From sequence record AP019418.1: a stretch of DNA of 64,000 bases; one strand, 5' to 3'. Every line of letters begins with the position of its first letter. Position 1 is the stretch's first letter. Position numbers and translations under genes: made by a program. A model generated the notes under the pieces. The model was not told the DNA's origin, did not search any database, and was given only the letters and a program-made list of their open reading frames with translations. This document shows positions 1 to 9,089 of the stretch, in pieces.

Positions 1-149
1 TCTTGTAACTCAACTAGTGTTCTGTTTAATAAACTAATTTGTTTCTGTTGTTCACATACAAGTTCACTTAACGTATTAATCTGTGCCTGTAGTTCTTTAG
101 TATTAGTATCAATAACATCAAGAATATATTCTTTATTTTTCTTAGGCAT
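1..149 (-). CDS. Small coiled-coil protein, runs off the left edge (MPKKNKEYILDVIDTNTKELQAQINTLSELVCEQQKQISLLNRTLVELQ...)
   Basis: Read by hand: ATG at 149 with GAGGA upstream, open frame to the window edge, heptad pattern; not in the ORF track. Confidence 0.55.
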   Translation of the reverse strand, partial: MPKKNKEYILDVIDTNTKELQAQINTLSELVCEQQKQISLLNRTLVELQ

Positions 150-192
150 TCTTTGCTTCCTCAACGTTAATTCACCAAACGGCAGAAAAGAT

Positions 193-235
193 GACTGGGC
201 AGCCAACACTCTTTTAGAATGTCTTTTGCCCAGTC
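193..235 (-). terminator. Long interrupted hairpin (terminator or processing site)
   Basis: GACTGGGCA/TGCCCAGTC 9-bp arms plus an inner 7-bp stem with G-U pairs on the minus strand, followed by AUCUUUU. Confidence 0.5.
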
Positions 236-271
236 TTTTAAATGTCTTACGAAGTTTAATTGGTATAAGCA

Positions 272-706
272 TTAAATAATATCTCTTGATGCCCATGTAC
301 CATCTACAGAGTCATTTACAAATGGTGCACGGTCACCAGGTATTACTTGAGCCCATAAATCCACTTCAAGTAATATCCGACGACATGCATAAAAAGGCTC
401 TACTTCTACCCTGTATGAATTATCTTTAGGATCAATATACACAGTAGCAACTAGCTTAGGCTGGGCTCTTCGCCATTTATCCCATACTTTAAGAATTACT
501 TCGCCTTCCATTCTGGCTATACGTGGAGTTATCTTTACCTCACTAATGATTAGCCCATCTGGACCTACCACTCGTTTAGGGGATAGCCATTTATGATAAC
601 CAATATCATTAATCCCATTCTTTGAAAATACCGAATCTTCAAGATATCCTCTCACACCAGGGTATAACGGAACCATTGTAAGCATATGACACCTATAGTG
701 ATCCAT
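272..706 (-). CDS. Hypothetical phage protein (144 aa)
   Basis: ORF within a tightly packed minus-strand run. Confidence 0.75.
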   Translation of the reverse strand: MDHYRCHMLTMVPLYPGVRGYLEDSVFSKNGINDIGYHKWLSPKRVVGPDGLIISEVKITPRIARMEGEVILKVWDKWRRAQPKLVATVYIDPKDNSYRVEVEPFYACRRILLEVDLWAQVIPGDRAPFVNDSVDGTWASRDII

Positions 707-1091
707 TGGATGCCCATAAAACTGAATAAGGATTTTGAGTTAATTGGAATCTAATTGCAAAGTTTTCGATTTCCCAAAAACGATCAGTCTTATTCCACTC
801 TAATTCCTTTTTCGCCAGATCAACATTAATTGTTGATATAATACGATTACGCTCTTCTTCAAATACAGTAAACCTGACGATTGCTGGAAATAAGCAATCT
901 CTTTCTTTATAAAAGTTTAGAGTATTCTTATCGATATAACCTGGTCCTGGAATAATTTCAAGGATATTAAAATCAGTCCATCCTAAGTCTGGTGTACCTA
1001 GATCAGGTAAATGTTTTAAAACCCCATTGCGTATAAAGGGTTTTCCATATTCTAGTGTGACCTCATGAAAAGAAGAACCATAGATTTTCAT
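693..1091 (-). CDS. Hypothetical phage protein (132 aa)
   Basis: ORF overlapping its neighbour by 14 nt, operon-like packing. Confidence 0.75.
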   Translation of the reverse strand: MKIYGSSFHEVTLEYGKPFIRNGVLKHLPDLGTPDLGWTDFNILEIIPGPGYIDKNTLNFYKERDCLFPAIVRFTVFEEERNRIISTINVDLAKKELEWNKTDRFWEIENFAIRFQLTQNPYSVLWASNGSL

Positions 1092-1251
1092 ACAACCACC
1101 GTGCGTTTTAATTCATAGGGTTAGTATGTTTAGTACCGTTTGAATTTTATTTCATTACAGATGATCGCTTTGTTATATTTGGTGTTTGAATATTTTAGAC
1201 TAGTTTCAATAAATGCTTTCTTTTTCATATATACACTTACGCAAAATAAAT

Positions 1252-1274
1252 AGGGACTCTCATTAAGAGTCCCT
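1252..1274 (-). terminator. Intrinsic terminator
   Basis: AGGGACTCT-CATTA-AGAGTCCCT, with a T-rich tail on the minus strand, just after the 1280 stop. Confidence 0.75.
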
Positions 1275-1279
1275 TAATA

Positions 1280-1612
1280 TTAAACGAATAATAACTCCAG
1301 TACTAATACTGGAAATTTATGCCGATATTGTGGATGTACATACGTATGAAATTTATGTGTGCCTAAATGGAATTCAACGTACAGTACAATAAAATCTTTA
1401 GCTACATTTCGATCATGTACGTAAATAGTGAGTATTTCACCATCATCATCTTTCTTACGTCCATAATCAAAATAGTAATTTTTGTTATCAGCTATCCCTT
1501 CAGCATTTAATTGAATGCCCCTTACATCAACAACATTTAAACTAGAATCTTCATTAAATAAAGATCTAGTGCTACCATGGTAAACCATTAATGGATCTAA
1601 TTGAATCTGCAT
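1280..1612 (-). CDS. Hypothetical phage protein (110 aa)
   Basis: ORF with GAGGA RBS, followed by a terminator. Confidence 0.8.
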   Translation of the reverse strand: MQIQLDPLMVYHGSTRSLFNEDSSLNVVDVRGIQLNAEGIADNKNYYFDYGRKKDDDGEILTIYVHDRNVAKDFIVLYVEFHLGTHKFHTYVHPQYRHKFPVLVLELLFV

Positions 1613-1680
1613 GTGTTAGTCCTCTACTATGTAGTGAGGCACATGCCTCACTTATATTGTTTTAATTTTCATATTAATGA

Positions 1681-2028
1681 TCAATTAAAGTTAACAGTGC
1701 TATAAGCTTTGCCTAAAGCTGTAAATAGTTCTTCATTAAGTTCATCAAATTCTAACCAACCATTCATTTCACCTAAGATAGTTTTAACAATCGTAAGATT
1801 AACAATCTCAGAGCTAGGAATGATATCTCGAATTCGCTCATGGAAATTAACTACTTGTTGAATACTTACTTTAGTATCATTGACTGAGATATCATCATCA
1901 GTTAACTTATTAATAGCCATCATCGCTATACGTGAGAATAGATCAGTATGTTCTTCCTTAACAATTTCCCATGCTGCATTAAAGGAGTCAAGAACATCTA
2001 GATCATCAGAATTTAGTTGCTTTTGCAT
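1681..2028 (-). CDS. Hypothetical helical protein (115 aa)
   Basis: ORF with GAGG RBS. Confidence 0.8.
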   Translation of the reverse strand: MQKQLNSDDLDVLDSFNAAWEIVKEEHTDLFSRIAMMAINKLTDDDISVNDTKVSIQQVVNFHERIRDIIPSSEIVNLTIVKTILGEMNGWLEFDELNEELFTALGKAYSTVNFN

Positions 2029-2130
2029 TTTAACCTCTTAAACATTATAACACATATACCCCACAACATAAGTCATGGAGTATATGCCTCGAAAGGTACG
2101 TAATAGAAATACTACTACATAGTATTGTAT

Positions 2131-2601
2131 TTACTCATTAATAACAGATACTTTGTTATTCTCAGCTTTACTTTTAGCCGATAGCGCTAAATAGAGACAA
2201 CTATACCAAGTGAAGTAGTCTCTTGGGAAATAGCCCTTTAAAAAAGTAGCCATATTTTTAGCACACGCTTTATTAATATTCTTATTAATGATTTTCCTCT
2301 CATTCATTATTTTACAAGCTAACAATGAATAATGTAGTTGATTATTAGTACTTAGGTCTTCAAGGAATAGTTCTTTCACTGCTTGTGGCTTAGAACTTAG
2401 ACACATTATAATTTCTTGAACAATATAGTCATTCGTCACTGAATGAATGAGTTCAAGATAGAGTGAAAGATTAATTGAATACAGGTCTTGTTTATTATTG
2501 AAAATGTACCCATTTCTATCTAATGTAACTAATTTCTTATAGGTGGGTGACATCTTTTCATTAACTATTTTATAAAAAAGACTAATCACTAATTTAATCA
2601 T
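2131..2601 (-). CDS. Hypothetical protein (156 aa)
   Basis: ORF overlapping the upstream gene by 4 nt (ATGA-type coupling). Confidence 0.75.
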   Translation of the reverse strand: MIKLVISLFYKIVNEKMSPTYKKLVTLDRNGYIFNNKQDLYSINLSLYLELIHSVTNDYIVQEIIMCLSSKPQAVKELFLEDLSTNNQLHYSLLACKIMNERKIINKNINKACAKNMATFLKGYFPRDYFTWYSCLYLALSAKSKAENNKVSVINE

Positions 2602-3731
2602 TTTAATAAACTTCCATCTACCCTATAAAAACCATGGACATCACGTTTACCATTTAGACTAGGTATCTCATATGGATCAGTTGATGGATTTATCAGTTTG
2701 ATTTTGCATTTATCTAAACGATCACGCAAGCTGATATTACCAGATAATGTTAAACCACGATACTGAATATCGACATTATCTAAATCAACAATGAGCGTAC
2801 TAAGCTCCCCATTTGTTAAGTATGGTACCACAACCGAGTCAATTACTTTTGCAATTGTTTTAGCTTCAATATGTATCCAGTTTCCAATATGATTAACAAT
2901 CTCTGGAAACTTATCTAGATTTAATGTGATGCTATAGTCACACCTAATTTTGATAATTCCATTACTTGACCAATAATGCATTGCACTATTGATGCCACCT
3001 AGATGATTCTCCATAGGTGTGAACTTTAGCCGTCCATTGAAATCTATAAGCACTTTTGAGTTATTACATGTATCAACTATTCTTGACTGATACATAAACA
3101 TATTAAGTAGTTTTCTATTGATGGCCACAGTTGTACCATTAGTTAGTTCAACTACGACGATATCACCATCTGCTTCATAAGACTCTACAATTAGAGTTAT
3201 TGGGTTACTATCAAATTTGGAATTATCAGATAACCCATCCATCACAATCTTGTAATTACTATTAACTGATTTAACTTGATCTATTAAAGATGGATCAATG
3301 AAATCCTTAGTGAGTGATTTTGATGTGAAAATTACAGCCACATTTAGATCACTATTGATTGGTGTATTTAAAGGTAAGTATTGTTCATTAGAAAAATAGA
3401 ATAATTTAAGATCTTCTATATCAGTTAGATTAATAATATCTAATGAATTATTAGTTACTTTATACATGAATGAATCAAAATTTTGTTCAACAAAATAAAT
3501 CATCCATGTCTTAGTTTCTTTGGTATAATAACCCCATGCTAAACTTCGATCATGTAATTTACCAGATAGCATTCCTGTGAAGTAACCTGACAAAATATCA
3601 ATTTTATCAACATCTACATTTTCTCTGATGTATTTATCATTTAGATCAGCTATCTTTTGTTCTAATGTATCTACCTTTTTTGGTTTGTTAAAACTATCAA
3701 TAACATTTTTTAAGTACTTAAACATAATCAT
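2598..3731 (-). CDS. Hypothetical protein (377 aa)
   Basis: Long ORF with AAGG RBS; no motif recognised. Confidence 0.85.
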   Translation of the reverse strand: MIMFKYLKNVIDSFNKPKKVDTLEQKIADLNDKYIRENVDVDKIDILSGYFTGMLSGKLHDRSLAWGYYTKETKTWMIYFVEQNFDSFMYKVTNNSLDIINLTDIEDLKLFYFSNEQYLPLNTPINSDLNVAVIFTSKSLTKDFIDPSLIDQVKSVNSNYKIVMDGLSDNSKFDSNPITLIVESYEADGDIVVVELTNGTTVAINRKLLNMFMYQSRIVDTCNNSKVLIDFNGRLKFTPMENHLGGINSAMHYWSSNGIIKIRCDYSITLNLDKFPEIVNHIGNWIHIEAKTIAKVIDSVVVPYLTNGELSTLIVDLDNVDIQYRGLTLSGNISLRDRLDKCKIKLINPSTDPYEIPSLNGKRDVHGFYRVDGSLLK

Positions 3732-3780
3732 AAATTACCTTTTGAGTATAAACACGGAATAAAAGCGGTGTACACACCGC

Positions 3781-4080
3781 TTATTGTTCAAATTTGATTT
3801 TGATATATCCACCACCAACATTAGGCTGCTTAGGTCTTAGCCATCCTAGATTAAGATCCATATTCAAAACAAACGTATACGCTGTTACTCCATTTTCATC
3901 ATCAACACTAATGGAGTGCCATCCATCATGATTTTGATCTTTAAGAGAATGGATTTTGGGATATAGTTGATTATGATTCAAATCAAATACTGTAACATCT
4001 CCAATTGATCTAATTGGATAACCGCGAGATCCTAAATGATGGGCTCCTCTGCGGTCCAGTGAAATAATAGCTTCGTTCAC
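3781..4080 (-). CDS. Hypothetical early protein (99 aa)
   Basis: ORF with GAGG RBS downstream of an early-promoter-like motif. Confidence 0.7.
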   Translation of the reverse strand: MNEAIISLDRRGAHHLGSRGYPIRSIGDVTVFDLNHNQLYPKIHSLKDQNHDGWHSISVDDENGVTAYTFVLNMDLNLGWLRPKQPNVGGGYIKIKFEQ

Positions 4081-4124
4081 GATAATTACCTCATGTAGAT
4101 GTTTCCATTAGTATATGCTAATCT

Positions 4125-4140
4125 ATAATGTAGATCTCAA
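4125..4140 (-). promoter_or_regulatory. Early promoter variant (TTGAGATCTACATTAT)
   Basis: Resembles the phiKZ early consensus TATATTAC with the same upstream AGATC and A-tract seen at other sites here. Confidence 0.45.
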
Positions 4141-4157
4141 ATAAAATTTAGTGCAAT

Positions 4158-4179
4158 AGCCCTCCCCGAAGGGAGGGCT
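4158..4179 (-). terminator. Intrinsic terminator with UUCG tetraloop
   Basis: Minus strand AGCCCTCCC-TTCG-GGGAGGGCT. Confidence 0.85.
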
Positions 4180-4190
4180 TTATGACAACA

Positions 4191-4421
4191 TTACCGCTTA
4201 CTCATTATCGCAACTAGTTCAACTTTAAATAATGCTTCTTCGACTTTACGAGAAATAGCATTTATTTGAACACGTTTATTATTTTCACGATCTAATGCAA
4301 TTGTATTTTTTCGTGTACAATAATCGTGTAAACCCAGTTGTCGCCTAACATAGAAAATAACAATTAATTTCAAAACACGAATATATCTCATAACGCGCTT
4401 GAACATTTTATAAATCCTCAA
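4191..4421 (-). CDS. Small basic hypothetical protein (76 aa)
   Basis: ORF with GAGGA RBS. Confidence 0.7.
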   Translation of the reverse strand: MRIYKMFKRVMRYIRVLKLIVIFYVRRQLGLHDYCTRKNTIALDRENNKRVQINAISRKVEEALFKVELVAIMSKR

Positions 4422-4425
4422 TAAT

Positions 4426-4617
4426 TTAAGGAATTGCTTTTAAAGCTTCTTCGCGTTCAGCTAAAAGCTTATCATATTGTATTTGTAATCGGTTAATTTC
4501 CGCACGAGTTAATTTTGTCTTAGCATTAGGTTTCAACTTATGGTTAATATCAACGGTAATACCATGGTACCTAAATAGAGCTTCCATTTTGGCTATTTTC
4601 TTTTCAATATCATCCAT
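4426..4617 (-). CDS. Small hypothetical protein (63 aa)
   Basis: ORF packed between neighbours. Confidence 0.7.
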   Translation of the reverse strand: MDDIEKKIAKMEALFRYHGITVDINHKLKPNAKTKLTRAEINRLQIQYDKLLAEREEALKAIP

Positions 4618-4648
4618 AGCTAAAATCCAAAAAAAATAATAATGACTA

Positions 4649-4668
4649 AGGGGACCAGAAGGTCCCCT
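4649..4668 (-). terminator. Intrinsic terminator
   Basis: AGGGGACC-AGAA-GGTCCCCT with a T-rich tail on the minus strand. Confidence 0.7.
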
Positions 4669-4674
4669 ATATCG

Positions 4675-5151
4675 TTAGGCAGTAATAGCGCGGCGGAAGA
4701 CTGAATCAAACTCTTCCTGGTATGCTTTAATCAGCTTTGCAGTTTCTTCACAAATGGTATTATTACCATAAAATGCATCTGCAAAAGATTCTTGCTTACG
4801 TACTTCACAACCGAATAGCTCAAGACCATTTTTTGCTAGCTCAACTTTGAACTTAGCTAATTCGGTCATACCAATTGGTTTGGCCCGCCCTTCTTCGATA
4901 CCATTTTCTTTTAGTTTAATATTATCACATACACTGCAATGACGAACATCTTTTTGTTTGTTCTTACGGAAGTTAGGACTTGATTTAGTTTGTTTTGCAG
5001 CAATGTCCATAAAGGTTTCCCTAGAATTTTTACGAACCGCAGCTTCATGATTCTTTTTAGCTCGATTTTTCTGTTTCTTTTGAACCGGCTTCGGCTGTAC
5101 ACCCAGCATTGAACCAAGTTCACTCCAGGAAGAAATAGTATTGCGTGACAT
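4675..5151 (-). CDS. Basic hypothetical early protein (158 aa) with one CxxC
   Basis: ORF with GGAG RBS, Lys/Arg-rich N-terminus, CSVC. Confidence 0.8.
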   Translation of the reverse strand: MSRNTISSWSELGSMLGVQPKPVQKKQKNRAKKNHEAAVRKNSRETFMDIAAKQTKSSPNFRKNKQKDVRHCSVCDNIKLKENGIEEGRAKPIGMTELAKFKVELAKNGLELFGCEVRKQESFADAFYGNNTICEETAKLIKAYQEEFDSVFRRAITA

Positions 5152-5178
5152 GTATTAGAATCTCCTATATATGTTGAT

Positions 5179-5198
5179 TATATCACATTTGTGATATA
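5179..5198. promoter_or_regulatory. Palindromic early-promoter-like site TATATCAC-ATTT-GTGATATA
   Basis: Perfect 8-bp inverted repeat; each arm is one mismatch from TATATTAC; lies just upstream of the 5151 start. Confidence 0.45.
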
Positions 5199-5241
5199 CT
5201 GTTTAAAATGCTTTGAATGTATAAACCACTATGTTGGTCAA

Positions 5242-5478
5242 TCATAGATAGAATGGTTCATGAATAACAACCCGATAACGAGTGTTATATTGGTTAATTG
5301 GAAACATATGAACAATCTTAAAATGCAGTTCAGCAACCAAATTAAAGAATTCAGCATGCATGTTATCAGTTGAAATATCAAATGAGATTGTATCATTAAC
5401 TGCACAAAGTTCTGAATCAGATGCCTTTGTAATTTCAGTTAGCCGACTGACAAACTTTTCTTGGTTAGGACTAAGCAT
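5242..5478 (-). CDS. Hypothetical protein (78 aa)
   Basis: ORF starting 2 nt after the dcd stop. Confidence 0.7.
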   Translation of the reverse strand: MLSPNQEKFVSRLTEITKASDSELCAVNDTISFDISTDNMHAEFFNLVAELHFKIVHMFPINQYNTRYRVVIHEPFYL

Positions 5479-5480
5479 TA

Positions 5481-6050
5481 TTAAAGTCTCGCTGTTGTGA
5501 TACCAATTTGATTTTGATATTTACCATTACGTTTTGCATAACTAACTTCACATGGGGCATCACCTCTAAAGAACATAAACTGAGCAATACCCATATCAGC
5601 ATAAATTTTTAGAGGTAGTGTAGTGCAGTTTGCAATCTCAATAACGACTTGTCCTTTGAAACCTGGTTCAATAGGAGTGACATTAACAATTGCACCTAGT
5701 CGTGCATAGGTTGATTTACCTGTGCAAATAGCTAGGACATCATCTGGAATATTAAACGATTCTACAGTATGACCAAGAATATAACTGTTAGGTGGAATAA
5801 TACAATAATCACCAGTCCAATCTACTAAGAATCCATCACTAGGGTCTAATGGGTCAATAACTGCACTTGTTACATTAGAAAAGATCTTAAAATTACGGGC
5901 TAGCCTTACATCGTACCCATATGAACTAAGCCCATAACTAATAATCTTTTTACCATCTTTTTCACGGACCTGGTGACCAATGAAATCCGTAATCATTGGT
6001 TCACGACCTTTAGATAAGTCAGTGATTGTTTTATCAGATAGAATAGCCAT
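5481..6050 (-). CDS. dcd: dCTP deaminase
   Basis: Motifs SSYGYDVRL, GKSTYARLG, PIEPGFKGQ, GIAQFMF, GKYQNQ. Confidence 0.96.
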   Translation of the reverse strand: MAILSDKTITDLSKGREPMITDFIGHQVREKDGKKIISYGLSSYGYDVRLARNFKIFSNVTSAVIDPLDPSDGFLVDWTGDYCIIPPNSYILGHTVESFNIPDDVLAICTGKSTYARLGAIVNVTPIEPGFKGQVVIEIANCTTLPLKIYADMGIAQFMFFRGDAPCEVSYAKRNGKYQNQIGITTARL

Positions 6051-6073
6051 TTTTAACTTTTCCTGTTAAGTAA

Positions 6074-6622
6074 TCATCCCCAGAATCGGGCGATGAAGTG
6101 AACACACTCCATCTTTTTAGTTTCTTCCAGGAACTTGAAATAACCATCATCCACACCATTGCTCAAAAATAGCTGGCGATAGGTTTTTTCCGAAATGACT
6201 TCACCATTAACATCTTGATCGAACATCGTTGGCTTCTGATCATAATCGAAGTTCCAGAGGTCTTCCATATTGAAGATCATTGTAAGTGGGTACCAACCAT
6301 CTTCACTATAATAGGCGTACGGTGTTAGATTGTCCTGTTTGGAATTGACAATTTGTGAAAGGCGACCTTCAAAGTTGTTCCATACTGGATGCGAGTCATC
6401 ACTGACGAGTGTACCAAATCCACAGCCTTTAAGAGTCGGTCGACAGAATCGGTTGGTATACTCATTATTATCGGTTAACCAATCCCAAAGATAATAGCAA
6501 CGGCTAAAGTTAAGAGCCTCGCATGTATGCATGTCAATGAATTTAAGTACACGTGCACCATCTGAAGAACGTGTGGAACGTTTGGTAACTACAGGGAAAA
6601 CATCAATACCCATTTTAATCAT
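6074..6622 (-). CDS. Hypothetical phage protein (182 aa)
   Basis: ORF in operon. Confidence 0.8.
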   Translation of the reverse strand: MIKMGIDVFPVVTKRSTRSSDGARVLKFIDMHTCEALNFSRCYYLWDWLTDNNEYTNRFCRPTLKGCGFGTLVSDDSHPVWNNFEGRLSQIVNSKQDNLTPYAYYSEDGWYPLTMIFNMEDLWNFDYDQKPTMFDQDVNGEVISEKTYRQLFLSNGVDDGYFKFLEETKKMECVHFIARFWG

Positions 6623-6626
6623 CCAT

Positions 6627-6971
6627 TTAACAGAATTTTTCTTGACCAGGGATTTTACCGTCCATAACCTCTAGTACCCAACGACCAGTCATCAACTCAC
6701 GTGCAACCTCACATGCCACCCCGCCAATCTTCTCAGCTACTTTGTCCAGCAGAATTGGATGATAGTTGTGATCACCCATTACTGAGAACTTGCTTTCCCG
6801 TTCTATTTCAGCAAGTAAATCAGTGTCAACCCATTCAACACGCCCATCTGGATAGACAATATTAAGACCATACCACTTACAATAGTTTTCGATGGTTACA
6901 ACTGGAATGTCATAAACACCTTTAAAACACAGCGGTAACTTACGATCTGAGTAATGAATACGTTCAGTCAT
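6627..6971 (-). CDS. Hypothetical phage protein (114 aa)
   Basis: ORF, ATGA-coupled to the upstream gene. Confidence 0.8.
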   Translation of the reverse strand: MTERIHYSDRKLPLCFKGVYDIPVVTIENYCKWYGLNIVYPDGRVEWVDTDLLAEIERESKFSVMGDHNYHPILLDKVAEKIGGVACEVARELMTGRWVLEVMDGKIPGQEKFC

Positions 6972-7387
6972 TTGCCATTCACCAATTCAAAATAATTTTT
7001 TAGTAGATCTTCAGTTATTGGACGAGTATGTTCTTTAATCGATAATTCCTTACTGTCCATTTCAATTTCATATTCAGAAATTTGAAATTGCTTATGTGGC
7101 ACTGAACCATCTAACATAACGATCACATCTGCTAAGACTTGATCCACTGCACATTGCAACAAATTATTAACTTGTTGATTATCAGTAAGTGAGTAATCAT
7201 TGATGGCTTTATTACGAATGTCATATAGCCTTTTACTTAAAGGAGTATTACGTTCAATATGTTCTGTTCGCCACTCTTCTAAAATCTGTTCTGTACTTAG
7301 TTTGGATAATGACGATCCGCCAAGTTTCTTCCTAACTTCATTTTCTGAAAATGGTTTATCATGCCAGAATTGATGATCTTGTTTCAT
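6968..7387 (-). CDS. Hypothetical phage protein (139 aa)
   Basis: ORF with AAGGA RBS. Confidence 0.8.
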   Translation of the reverse strand: MKQDHQFWHDKPFSENEVRKKLGGSSLSKLSTEQILEEWRTEHIERNTPLSKRLYDIRNKAINDYSLTDNQQVNNLLQCAVDQVLADVIVMLDGSVPHKQFQISEYEIEMDSKELSIKEHTRPITEDLLKNYFELVNGK

Positions 7388-7399
7388 AGTAAATCCTTT

Positions 7400-7567
7400 T
7401 TATAATTTAGAAATAGGTTTTAATACCGTATCTTTTTCATTGAATGGATTATAAACTTTATGCGGATTAATCATCTTTAGTTGCTCATTCTTTCTTTCTA
7501 AATAAGCATCTGATGGTTTAATTGTTTTAGTTTTCCAAAAGTCATCGATTGGTTTTAACTTATCCAT
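7400..7567 (-). CDS. Small hypothetical protein (MDKLKPIDDFW..., 55 aa); may be the 3' half of a frameshifted gene
   Basis: The track ORF extends to 7657, but that part overlaps the 7584-7748 ORF; internal ATG at 7567. Confidence 0.5.
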   Translation of the reverse strand: MDKLKPIDDFWKTKTIKPSDAYLERKNEQLKMINPHKVYNPFNEKDTVLKPISKL

Positions 7568-7583
7568 TTCTGACTGTTCGTTA

Positions 7584-7748
7584 TCAAAAGGAGTTTCCCG
7601 ATTTCTTAGTCGGGTCGAATTGAATAGGAGTCGTAAACTCCCGTCGTAATTCCTCATCTAAATTCTTCTCTTGAATTAATTTAGGAAAATGTTTTCTAAC
7701 TGTTTTAATTGAAGCTATTAAATTGGAATAGGCTTTTTCTATGGACAT
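7584..7748 (-). CDS. Small hypothetical protein (MSIEKAYSNLIASIKTVRKHFPKLIQEKNLDEELRREFTTPIQFDPTKKSGNSF, 54 aa)
   Basis: Translated by hand; GAG RBS; below the track length cutoff. Confidence 0.55.
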   Translation of the reverse strand: MSIEKAYSNLIASIKTVRKHFPKLIQEKNLDEELRREFTTPIQFDPTKKSGNSF

Positions 7749-7773
7749 TTTTATAACTCAAAATACATTATAA

Positions 7774-7797
7774 AGACAGTGGCTAAAACCACTGTCT
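7774..7797 (-). terminator. Terminator hairpin overlapping a stop codon
   Basis: AGACAGTGG-CTAAAA-CCACTGTCT; the TAG of the 7783-7908 ORF lies in the loop. Confidence 0.6.
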
Positions 7798-7908
7798 AAT
7801 TATTTCCCATAATGATCCACCTATAACTGCACTTAGAAAAAGCATTTTGAATATGGGTGGTTCTTCTTGTTCATGTTGCATGTCTGATTTATTATTTTCG
7901 CTAGCCAT
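7783..7908 (-). CDS. Small membrane peptide (MASENNKSDMQHEQEEPPIFKMLFLSAVIGGSLWEIIRQWF, 41 aa)
   Basis: Translated by hand; acidic N-terminus plus C-terminal hydrophobic helix; GAG RBS; starts right after the 7920 stop. Confidence 0.55.
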   Translation of the reverse strand: MASENNKSDMQHEQEEPPIFKMLFLSAVIGGSLWEIIRQWF

Positions 7909-7919
7909 TTTCTTTTACT

Positions 7920-8288
7920 CTAATGCCCACCATATTCTCTAATTTTCTCACCATCCCAAAACTCATAACCAGTCATATTGTGATTAAATGGCTTTATTTT
8001 AGTAAACCCACTACGATAGATCCAGAAATGACCAGTGCCTCTTTTTAAGCGGCACTTATACATTGCTTTTTTCTCATATTCCGTGGGAGGGCTAATTTCT
8101 AGAACTTCAAGTTCATCACCCCGTATACAGAATAGCGCTGGTGGATGCTCACAGGATGCTTTCATACCGAGAACACCTGTTGACCAAACTGTATCACCTG
8201 GCTTAATAACAGTGATGTCATTTGATACAGGTATTACAGGAATTGCACACATATTAGATGCTCCAGAGTAATTACCTCCAAAGAGCAA
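7920..8288 (-). CDS. Hypothetical protein (about 110-122 aa, SH3-like beta pattern); true start probably MCAIP
   Basis: ORF; GGAG lies upstream of the internal ATG. Confidence 0.7.
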   Translation of the reverse strand: MLFGGNYSGASNMCAIPVIPVSNDITVIKPGDTVWSTGVLGMKASCEHPPALFCIRGDELEVLEISPPTEYEKKAMYKCRLKRGTGHFWIYRSGFTKIKPFNHNMTGYEFWDGEKIREYGGH

Positions 8289-8379
8289 ACACTGATATAT
8301 TCATAGTCTGCTCTTTAGTAATATTTAAGAAGTTGGAATACTCATACTGGAGATAAACTAATGTCCATTTATACTAATC

Positions 8380-8982
8380 TCATTGTGTATAATAATTCTT
8401 TTTGAGATTATCCATATCGTAAGAATCATGTTTGAACTCAAACTTCTTAGCTATCTCACTCGAAAAAGCTTGTTTACGTTTTTCTTCTTGTTCACGGATA
8501 TCGTAAGGACCATTCTCTTTAACAAGATATTTTTTATACGGCCCAGTTCCTTGGATATATCCATCAGGAATAATGGTTGTGAGATATTTAGCCTCTACCA
8601 ACCGGATGCACCGTCCATAACCAACTTCATTGGCATGACGAACTTGGATTAGTTGTCTATTCTTGGCAATACGTTCAGATATGCATGGGAAGTAAACCGG
8701 ATCATCTCCTTTTTTACAGTTACCCATATCAACCTTTGCGTACAGAATTTTTCTATGATTGGCTTCGAAGAAAGCCCGAGCTTCACGAATACGTTGGGAC
8801 CGAATAGCTTCCTTAGTTCTGACATTCTTTAGATGTGCAGGTTGTAAAAAAGGATTCATCTTTCGCACGTGACGTTGGATAAGTTTTGTCGTGTAATGAG
8901 GTGAATCATTAGCCATAGCCAGTAGGCTATTGTACATCTCAATCGACATGATTACTTGCTGCGGGTCATTATTGCGCTGCAT
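8380..8982 (-). CDS. Basic hypothetical protein (200 aa)
   Basis: ORF with GGAG RBS. Confidence 0.8.
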   Translation of the reverse strand: MQRNNDPQQVIMSIEMYNSLLAMANDSPHYTTKLIQRHVRKMNPFLQPAHLKNVRTKEAIRSQRIREARAFFEANHRKILYAKVDMGNCKKGDDPVYFPCISERIAKNRQLIQVRHANEVGYGRCIRLVEAKYLTTIIPDGYIQGTGPYKKYLVKENGPYDIREQEEKRKQAFSSEIAKKFEFKHDSYDMDNLKKNYYTQ

Positions 8983-9089
8983 GCTGATCTCCGTATGTGA
9001 AATAATGCTTTACTTTAAGGTCATCAGGATTATAAATAACACGTTGGAATTCATGTTTCTTCGCTAGTTTAAAAGCAGCTTACTTTTCC

